Below, piece after piece: positions 53,752 through 64,000 of a stretch of DNA of 64,000 bases; the stretch's first letter is position 1, and each line of letters opens with the position of its first letter. Position numbers and translations under genes: made by a program. Source of the DNA: Octopus sinensis (taxonomy: Eukaryota); contig NC_043012.1 of NCBI RefSeq assembly GCF_006345805.1, positions 17,546,001 to 17,610,000 on the forward strand. Reading direction: 5' to 3'. The notes beneath the pieces were generated by a model that worked only from the letters and a program-made list of their open reading frames with translations, did not search any database and was not told where the DNA came from.

Positions 53752-54030
53752 GATATGGCTGTCTATGTTAAGAAGCTTGCTTTCTAAACATACGGTTCCG
53801 GGTCCACTCCCACTGCGTGGCACCTTTGGCAAGTGTCTTCTACTATAGCAGCGGGGTGACCAAAGTCTTGTGAGTAGATTTGGTAGACGGAAACTGAATG
53901 AATCCCTTTGTATATATATGTATATATCTGTGTGTCTGTCTCTGACCCCCAGCATCGCTTGACAGCCGATGTTAGTGTGTTTCCGTCCATGTAATTTAAT
54001 GGTTCGGCAAAAGACACTGATAGAATAAGT
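53752..54030 (+). mobile_element. SINE family A, 3'-truncated at (CA)n
   Basis: GGTTCCGGGTCCACTCCCACTGCGTGGCACCTTTGGCAAGTGTCTTCTACTATAGC...GGTAGACGGAAACTGAA. Confidence 0.85.
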
Positions 54031-54048
54031 AACACACACACATACACA

Positions 54049-54148
<100 letters not shown>

Positions 54149-54339
54149 TAGAATAGGTACTATATATATATAGGCAATAAATATCTGGGTGAAGTATAAA
54201 CAGTAGCTGCAACACATCGTGAAATAGATTTGCCACTTATATGTGGATAACCCCTAAGGGTGGATGCTACAGTAGCTTGTAGTCCCAGGAGTTCACCTCC
54301 TCCAGCTGGTTATTGACACACTTTCTGTGCCCTATATAT

Positions 54340-54730
54340 ATATATCACCAGAGGGGGTTACGTGAGGTGATCCCACAGCGGACCAACGAGCCGACACCCC
54401 TGGGGGGGCATTCGCATTCTTCCAGCCCCATACGATTGGAGGTGGACAACTCTCCCGACCGTAGGCCGTCTGGTGGAAAAGAGAGGAAACTCTTCCGAGA
54501 AAGAGAGGATGTACTGGCCGCTCATCCCTCTCCTCGGAAGAGAACTAGGTCTGCGTGTACAGGTGTACCGCTGCCCAGTAGGGGCCTCTCTTGCGTGGTG
54601 CCGCGAAGCAGAAGAGATGTTGGCAACGTTGAGGATCCGTGATAAAGCGTTCATGCGACTACTGAACAGAACTACAATGCTCTGTACGTACAGCAAGTTG
54701 AAAGACTGATTCTCACGGGGGCTGGATCAT
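54340..54730 (+). mobile_element. Possible RLE-type (NeSL/R2-like) retrotransposon C-terminal fragment
   Basis: GC-rich island. Frame EKERMYWPLIPLLGRELGLRVQVYRCPVGASLAWCREAEEMLATLRIRDKAFMRLL resembles the EK..Y..L...V....VGA.G.W......L..LGI pattern. Confidence 0.4.
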
Positions 54731-55966
54731 GCGGCGAAACCTGGGGGCTGATTGCTATACAAACGCACATACACACACACACATACACACACATACACTC
54801 ACACTCACACATGCATATATATTGCGTGTATGTGTGACATTTGTTTGTCCCCACTGTGTGACAACTGGAGTTGTTATGTTTCCTTCACCGAACTTAACGG
54901 TTCGAAATAATAGACCTATAAAAGTATCCTAATCAAACGAAACTTCACTACTGTTCAACGCCCTTCATCTGTGCAGAAGTGGTGCACTGGAAAAGAGAAT
55001 TAAAGTTATTGTTCCACTGAATGGATTAGGGATAATATTTTGCTTTGCTTTTTATCTCACTTGGATACTTCACGCCTAATATCTTAATATCAACTCATAT
55101 AAATAGGTAGAAACAGGACGGGAAGCCGTATTATGAATAAATAAGTGCATACTGGAACCCATTTTATGTGTATACATATCTATGTTTAATCTTGTCGGTT
55201 GAGAATTTGCCGAGTCGGACAGATTGCCTTCTGAAATTTGTTCGCATTCTTTGAGTACTGTGTTTAAATCCTATTGAAAATAGATTTGATTTTCTTCCTT
55301 TCAGGATCAATAAATGTGCACCGATCCAAGGTGATGGAATAGCAACAATAGCAAAAATGTGGTAGCAAATGTTTTGTGATATTTATTTCGGCCTTTCAGT
55401 TCAAGTCCTGTCATGAGCTCCAGCGGTAGTAAACGAGATCTGCGAACTGCTTTAACACGGTTACCTGGCACGTTTAATGCCTTTAACAGATTCCTCGCTG
55501 TTGCAGGCATTCAGAGCAGATTTCAGTCCTAGGATACTTCCATCACACCTACATATTTCGAAGACTTTGCTTTGCATCTTGACCATAAGGTAAAAGGCTA
55601 TCATTCAAAGGATACCATTTCAAATACGGATACAATACTACAAGTGCCAATCAGATCACCTCTACTTAATTGCTCCATATGCTGCTAGAAATATAAACTA
55701 AGTTACTCTGAAATCACAGCGAAATCTTTCTCAGACGATGCGTAGCAGTTTTTCCAGTTTTAAAGTTTTGCAGAACGTTTACTAATTTTTTGGTGTTTTA
55801 AAATATGGCATATTCATAGTTTTGTTAAACACGGATATGATAGTATGATTAATAACACAAGGCAAGCGATTCTTTTAGACGTTATCGTTGAAATTTTTAA
55901 TTGTATGTGAATCTTATTTTAAAATTTGTTCCGAGAAATACTTTGGTAACTTAAAACTGTCTATAA

Positions 55967-56254
55967 CAGTGTTTCTCAAAGTGGTGGTCAGCGGACCGGT
56001 GCCGGTCTGCCAGCAATCAGCTGCAAGTACACGGCGAGTTTCCATAAAAGAAAGAAATATTATAAAATGCTTATGTAATATTGTATTATTTGTTTACAAA
56101 ATAAATATACGATAAAAAATGTCAACTTTTATTATATTCATTATATATTTTGTTTCCTGTATAAATTGATATTACTAAGAAATATTACGGTCTCTGGCAC
56201 GTTGGAAAAAATAAAACTGTTGGTATGCCACATCAGATAATTTGAGAAGCACAG
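55967..56254. mobile_element. hAT (Charlie-like) MITE, 288 bp
   Basis: TIRs CAGTGTTTCTCAAA / TTTGAGAAGCACAG. Exact 8-bp TSD GTCTATAA at 55959-66 and 56255-62. Confidence 0.9.
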
Positions 56255-56401
56255 GTCTATAAAACAAGACAGAACAAGAACTGCAACCCATGTCCGTTAA
56301 AGAAGGGAAGGTAGATTACATAGCATTGGTTTAGATGCATCTTCACTACAACCGAAATACACAGTCTTTCCTTATATGCCCGTTTTGCTGCTCTCCTAAT
56401 A

Positions 56402-56787
56402 TTCTTTTATTTGTTTCAGTCATTTGACTACCGTCATGCTGGAGCACCGCCTTGAGCGGTTTACACCAAAGAAATCGATCGAGCCCAGGACTTAATTTTT
56501 AAAGCCTAGTACTTATTCTATCAGGCTCATTTGGCGAACCGCTATGTTACGGGTACCTAAACACACCAACACCGGTTCTCAAGTGGTGATGGCGGTAAAG
56601 ACATAGACACAAAGACACACACACATATATATACAACAGGCTTCTTTCAGTTTCCTTCTACCAAATCCACTTAGAAGGCTTTGGTTGACCCGATGCTATA
56701 GTAGAAGACACTTGCCTAAGTGGGACTGAGCCCAGAACGATGTGATTGGGAAGCAAGCTTCTTACAACACTGCCACGCCTGCGCCTA
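56402..56787 (-). mobile_element. SINE family A, near full-length
   Basis: Same body/linker/head order as the other copies. Confidence 0.85.
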
Positions 56788-57952
56788 CATATCTATCTAG
56801 AATATCAGACCAACATTAATTTTTGCTCACTATTATCACGAGGCCGAAGTTTGGATCTTTAAATTCGCTTCTATCATATTTCTGAGGATTAATTTATGAG
56901 TTTCCTCTGCACATATATTTAAATGTAGTTGGATCTTGCAGATTTCTTTCTGCTAGGATATGTAGAAAACATTACGATAAAGCGAGTTGGAGTTGTAAAC
57001 AGCCTCAAACGACTGATATATAATGGCATTAAGAAGATCTAAAACATTCATTTTCATTTGATTCGAAACGATGGCTGTATTATATACATTTATCGTGGAG
57101 AAAAGAGCGGTGAGACGTTCATAATTATCCTTAGGATAATAGCATTCTGTGCGACGTGAAATTACATAAATCGGGAGTGAAATGGAGTCAGTGGTCGTGT
57201 AGATTTTACCGGAGTTTACATCTTAGCTGATGTATAGTGTTCGTTAACAATATTTAGGAACGAGATATTGATTTTTTTTCTAACGAGTCAAAACACCAAT
57301 TCTTATAGAGCAAGGCAAATAATCGATGAAATCAATTCAGTATGTTGTTGGTTAATTTCGATCGATGCAAAGCAAGCCAAAGGCAAATATGACCAAGCAG
57401 AGATTCACTCAGTATGATGGTGGTCTAAAATATGTACCACAAAGCGTTCTATCTTTTCTCGCAACTAATTGCTAGAATTTACCAAAAATGATTTGTATAT
57501 TTGTTTAACTTTGCAGCTAGCCTTACATTATATGGGAAATGGATATGGGGTTTGTGATGTTTATTCTTTACATTACTTCACTGAGGATACAAGTTGATTG
57601 CATTTGGATCAACAATCAAACCTCGCGTCTAGCCGACACTGCGTCGATAAAATATTACGTATAAATTTATATCTTGTAAGATATTCTCTTTGAAGGTTTA
57701 AATTAAGTGCCAAGTCCTGGCTTCCTGTGTTTGCTTATACAATTACTAAGCAAAAGCTTGACGCTGTAGTTAAAGTCCCCGTACCATACTTCCGCTTGTA
57801 CTTTGCGTTTGCTGATTACTTTCGGTGTCTACGTAGAATTAGATACCTTCTTGGTCCTCCCGCTGTTGAACCAGCGGATCAGCCATTACGTGACAATTGC
57901 AAAGAGAGTGAGCAGTGCTCCAACATTTAGTTTTTAATAATATTCATCTGCA

Positions 57953-58165
57953 AGGCAGTGAGCTGGTAGAAACGTTAGCACGTCGGGCGAATTGCTTAGC
58001 AGTATTTCGTCTGTCTTTACGTTCTGGGTTCAAATTCCGCCGAGATCGACTTCACCTTTTATCTTTTCGAGGTCGATAAATTAAGTACCAGTTGCGTACT
58101 GGTGTTGATCTAATCGACTGGCCCCTCCCCCCAAGTTTCGGGCTGTGTGTCTAGAGTAGAAAAAT
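57953..58165 (+). mobile_element. SINE family B
   Basis: GAGCTGGTAGAAACGTTAGCACG...GTTCAAATTCCGCCGAGATCGAC...GGTCGATAAATTAAGTACCAGT. Confidence 0.88.
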
Positions 58166-58711
58166 ACATTTCCATCTGTGTAAACTGAATCAAGGTAAAA
58201 TGAAGAGCCCTGCTTAAGGACTGAACGCGCCGAGTTGACTAAGAATCAAATCCATGATCTTTGGTTCGTGTGCTTTATTTCCTAACCATTGGGCTAAATA
58301 CCGAAAACGAAACGGTATTATAAGCCAAAATGATTCTTCAGTTATACTGGTTTAAAAATGGGTTTTGTAAACTTGAAGGCAAAGCAGAAAGCTTTAGCTG
58401 AGAATTGAAACCTTATCTTTGTGTAATACTGTTTAGCAAGCTAACAAGTATTTCGTCTTCAGTATTTTCTGAGTGAGAAATAAAAATTCTCAGTTTCTAA
58501 TGCAAATGTAAAAGATATTAAAAAATACGTGTTGTAAAATATTCATCACTTCATATTAAAGAAGGCGAACAATTGTGAGCAAGAGACGTAACTCTTGCTA
58601 GTTTAGGCCATCACATGGGCTTGGCACTTACCGTTTGTAAAACTTTTTATTTACCGCAACAGAAGCTCTGGGATTCGTTACTGTTTATAGCCTTTTAATA
58701 CTATTAAAAGC

Positions 58712-59350
58712 TGTGAGCTGGCAAAATGGTTAGCGTGTCAGGCAAAATATTTGTGACATTTCTTCCAGCTCTTTATGTTTTGAGTTTAAATTCAGCAGTA
58801 GTCGACTTGCCTTTCACCTTTTTGGAGATGGATAAACTATAATCCAGTTAAGTACTCGGGTCGATGTAGTCGACTTCCCCCTCCTTGAGAACTGCTATGT
58901 CTCAAAATTTCAAACAATTAATTATGCTATAAGTCTGGCGTAAAAAATTGATTGTCACGTTTCATAAATAAATATGATTGAGCCGTAGAGATAGCTTACT
59001 GCCAATAGGTAGGATATAAGTAGAAATTTTAGAGTTGTACACAAAAACTTTGTAACACAGTTCCACATCCTATACTGTAGTCTATTGCCCAAGCCCTCGT
59101 TTAAATAACACCTCACGGACTTGGTTGTAGTTACCAGAGACCCTCTCCCACAAAGTATGTAAGTGATGTCCACAAAGCCAGCAATTTGGTTGGAGATGTT
59201 AAGTCGATTATAGCGACTCCAGTGTTCGAATGGAACTCATTTTATCGACCCTGAAAAGATGAAAGGCAAAGTCGACATTGGCGGAATTTGAACACAGAAC
59301 CTAAAGATTGAAGACATACCGTTCAACCTTTCTGCCAACACTCGCGCCCT
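58712..59350. mobile_element. Two decayed SINE family B copies (58712-58905 +, 59195-59350 -)
   Basis: GAGCTGGCAAAATGGTTAGC...GTCGACTTGCCTTTCACC, and ATCGACCCTGAAAAGATGAAAGGCAAAGTCGAC. Confidence 0.75.
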
Positions 59351-60452
59351 CGATGAACTAACATATTAGAAAAAAAGATTATTCCTACTATTCAAAACTT
59401 GAAGTGACTCAAGTTGTTGCGTGGTGGATTAAAAACATGGAAGTGTTTCGATGAAATCTTTCTAGACCAGCTCCGGTTTATATCTATGCAATAAAAAGAA
59501 AAGCAACATAATGATCAATCATATATGAGGCGCTCCCAACTAGCCTTATCCCTTAACTGCAATTTGCAACCTTGTAGCAGGCAATATGTGGAAGGAGTAA
59601 CAAACAATATGCTGCAAATAAAATATGAAGCTTGTCAATGCATCAAATCTCATGATGGATTATAATGATTATTCCACCACACTACACAGCAGTTATAAAA
59701 CTATCCTAGCCATTACAGCAATGTGAGTGGGAGAAAGTGTTATCGAAGTCAAACATTGTTATTTTTCAATATGCTCCGCATTTAGTATATTCCTGAAAGA
59801 TTGACCATCATTCAAAATCGCCAAATACATCCATGAGCATTTTGCTACTCTCTTTAAATTATTATTAAATTAATAATGATAAACACTACATTTGTTTATC
59901 TCGTAATTTATTGTAAATTGTCTTTTCTGTCAGATTCTATCAAGATGGCCATTCAATCAACCTGTCTGTTACTGTATGTTGGAGAATCCTATTTAATAGA
60001 CTTGCAGCGTTTTACCGCAGTCGACGCTTGATGTTTCCTAAAGGAACCGACTATAGTTTAGGGCTCATCCTTGCTTGCATCACAACTAAATTGCAAAGCT
60101 ATTTGTACCTTCAGAGTTTTTACATTCTACTTTACCCTGCATCTCATCGCCTTCATAATTGAGATCCACTGCAATAGAAGGAAATGTAGCAAACGCGACA
60201 ACCCCCAAAATCAACAAATGGTCTTAACAGTAATTCATGGCTGATGAAGTGATTAGTGGTATCAACGACTACGACATCAACACCAATAAGTAAGAGCAGC
60301 CAATGGTAGCTGCGAAAACAGCTTTAATGAATAGTAACATTTGCAGCTGCATTACAAGTCACTGGCACTGCTTTGATAATAAAAATAAAAATAATAATAA
60401 TAATAATAGTAATAATAATAATAGTAATAATAATAATAACAACAACAACAAC

Positions 60453-60495
<43 letters not shown>

Positions 60496-60536
60496 GCAAT
60501 AATAAAAATAAAAATAATAATAATAATAATAATAGC

Positions 60537-60597
<61 letters not shown>

Positions 60598-61150
60598 GCC
60601 CTGATGCAGTACCACGCAGTGGCTCTCATGGCTTCTGATCTTAACTGATTGGAAGTGTTATCATGTACATTGTTTTGTCTTAGTATAAAAGATGGGCTAC
60701 AGCAAATATTCTGCTCAATACCACAGATTTGCTTGTCAGTTGTTTGACCGTAACCAGTTGAGCATGTCCCTTAGTGGCTGACGATATGTGCATCTCTGAT
60801 CAAGAGCAGAAGTAGTGGGGGAGCATCATAGCCGTGTATTGAGAGGGATTCTTTGGGGTTTGAATAATTCACTTCTGGAAACATGGGTGTTTCCTTCAAC
60901 ATCCTTAAACAACCCTTATTCAGGGACCTTTCGAGTGGGATGGTTACTCGACCTGAAGAAAATTCTAACTGGGCCCCACCTGCAAGGTCATGAGCTGTTT
61001 ATCTTGATATGAGATCACCATGTCGCGCACATATGGTTGTGATGCATGTGCCTGGTGTACCCTTATCAGACGGGTAGTCATGATGGGTATACTGGGCTTC
61101 GTATATTTTACCCCAGTGTCACTTTGACGGCATGCACTGCTCTCTCACTC
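60598..61150. mobile_element. 554-bp interspersed element embedded in (AAT)n, copy 2
   Basis: Same termini and orientation as 41210-41763. (AAT)n at 60377-60596 and 61151-61285. Confidence 0.9.
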
Positions 61151-64000
61151 AATAATAATAATAATAATATATAATAATAATAATAATATAATAATAATAA
61201 TAATGATAATAATAATAATAAAATAATAATAAATAATAATAATAATATAATAATAATAATAATATAATATAATAATAATAATAAGAAGAAGAAGAAGAAG
61301 AAGAAGAGAAGAAGAAGAAACACTATCATTACTATCAGCAATGGATATACAACCAGAATTTGCAGCAATAGATACCAATGATCTTATCTCAAATTGATGG
61401 CATACATACATACATACATATGTGTGAAATGGATGTCTTTATGCGCGTGTTTATATACATATATAAATATGCATATATATATATATATACACATATACAT
61501 GTATGTGTATACACACACACATACATATATATATATATATGTGCATACATACAAATATATATAAAAGTAAATTTACTTATGTAAGCAACGGCAGCATGAT
61601 CATCATCATTATAAGAACACCTGTTACCATTTCTAACATTAGCAGCAGCTGCAATTGCTATTGAAGCAACATAAATGTTCGTATGTTCCTTCTACTTACG
61701 ATAGAAACCTACCAGACACATAATATGGATGACATTTTCAGAGATTTATATTAAGAAACTGAAACGGAATATGCAAAGATTTTAAAAATATTCTTTTTGG
61801 TATAATTTTCTGTTGAATATTTTTATAGGAAAAAAAAAAATATTTATAGTTCAAAACTTATATACAGGCAATGCAATGTGGTTAAACACTCTGCTTGTCA
61901 GATGTGTTGAATCACTTTGGGCGGCACTCCGAGTAAGTGTCTTTTGCCATAGATATGAGTAGATCTCTAATTTGCTTTCCTATTAGATTTAAGCTTTTGA
62001 GACAAATTTTCTCCAGAGCTCTTTATTGTGTTTTTAACACAACAAATCTAGAAAAGATATCTTACGACAAATACTGCAACAACTAGCATATCGACGGTGT
62101 GTATACATTATGTATGATACAGAGCTAGCAATATATATGTATATATATATATATGTGTGTGTGTGAGTGTGTGTGTGTGTGTGCGAGTGTGTGCATGTGT
62201 ATATCTATGCGCGCTTGCATATATATCTATATACATATGTTTTTGTTTGTATGTATGTTTGTGTGCGTACACGCGTGCGTATATATATATATATATACAT
62301 ACATACATACATATATATATATATACATATATATATAGATACTGACGGTTACTGTAATACAATACCACCGTCTTTGAATTTAATTTTGAAATATTCATAC
62401 ATATGTATTATTTAGAAATCTTTTTCATGCCATATCTTTTCCAAATTATTTCTCTCCTTTTCGACTACTATAATTTACTTAACAACTGCACCTGTTTCGA
62501 ATGCAGACACGATGTCGACCGACAGCAGCCATTTTTTTTTGTTTAATATTTAAATTTTAAATACTTACCTTGTATCACAGAACCGGTGCGTACGAGTAAA
62601 TCTTGTCGTGACGTACACAATTGTAATCTCGAAGCCTATTTCACCGTTGACTTCAAGTTTATATGGAAGGCAATGGACATGAAATTCAATTAGAAAATAC
62701 TGTTCGCATTATTGCACTCCGTGTTATGAGAATATTTTCATGATCTCAATGTTTCCATAACGCGGTGGATGCCTGTATATCTTTTTGTGGCAATCTCTTA
62801 TCACCTTTCCTTGAAGTTCGTGAACAAAAGGACTGTAAGATAAGAGGCAATTCAATATGATTTCATTTTAACGTAAAGCGAATGTGGCACCCAGTCAACA
62901 GTCGATTACTGTGCCATATCTCTTCTCTCTCACTCAGTCTATTCTAATCTTTATTGCACGTATGACGGCGGCCTGTTAATATACATTTTCATCAATATTT
63001 ACGATCTAATATATTTGTAAATTTACTCGTGTCAACACCTTTCAAAAACTGTTGGCGAACAAGATGGTAAGTTGAAATACGTTATGTTAAAATATATTTT
63101 AGCATAATTAGATAGAAAGTAAGAGGAATACCATTGTCGGAAACTTCTTCAAATCTCTAAATTTAAATAATATCCAGCGAATGAATATTAGATCGGTTCT
63201 AGAGTTGAGTTTGCAAGAAAATAATAAGAAAAACATCGTGAAATGCGGGTAAGTACGCAGGTTTTTACACAAATAAAAAGGAAACACAGGTAGAAGGAAC
63301 ATGAAAACCAGCTTTAAGCACGTCTCAGTGTTGTTAGCGGGTATTAAATAACAAAACAGCGAGAGTTTAATGAGAAAATCTTAAAAAATATCCCTTGGAT
63401 GCTCTCAGAAACAACAGCCAGATGCTAGAGAGCAGCGCCATTTATTGCGCCAAAACTACCATATGCTATATAGTCATTTACTAATCTAGCATGAGCTATT
63501 CTTTTAGGGTAATTGCAACTATGTATATATTAGATATATGAAAACCTACGGTATAACGCAGTGAAGAGACAAAATAAATATTTTTCTTTTTGAAGAACCG
63601 GCAGAAATTCCTGTTTCTAGCTTTCGACAAATTCTCATCAAAACGATGATTCTCATAACAATATGTGACATATTCAACACTAAAGTATGTATTATAAACA
63701 CCACAGAGTGGTAGCAAAAAAGCTTCTTCATGCGCACATTGTCCTCTCGATTAAAAACAAAATCGGATCTAATCGGATATACTCAATTACATAAGCAGAT
63801 CTTTTCAACATCGAATCCTAAACACAAAAGGCAATTATTTTTAAAATAATAAAACATGCATCGAAAGGTACCCAAAGGAACTGATGTAAGAAGCTCAAAC
63901 TAATGAAGATGCATACCATACTTGTGTCTAAGATAGAAAATGAGAATTGGTAAGGTTGTTGACATTGACATCCAACAGATCGTGGTTTACGACCCTCTGT

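Overview
Eukaryotic, AT-rich, microsatellite-saturated DNA. The SINE families and (TA)n/(CA)n/(AAT)n density look like an octopod cephalopod genome (inference from my recollection of those families; not verified). No host protein-coding gene can be identified with confidence, and almost all ORFs in the supplied track are microsatellite translations or transposon debris. Recognisable content: many copies of three tRNA-head SINE families; a 5'-truncated, frameshifted RTE LINE; several R4/Dong-type (RLE) retrotransposon 3' fragments, two abutting (AAT)n arrays; a 554-bp element present twice inside (AAT)n; three mariner relics, one full-length with TIRs; a non-autonomous Helitron; a hAT MITE with an 8-bp TSD; and three long foldback palindromes within 5 kb. 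The top finding is a ~2.5-copy tandem array of a ~483-bp unit at 1192-2420. Each unit carries a type I hammerhead ribozyme motif with an unusually long stem II and a hairpin-rich body, the architecture of a retrozyme-like, circRNA-producing element. A second, degenerate Penelope-style minimal hammerhead lies at 25579-25614 (-).
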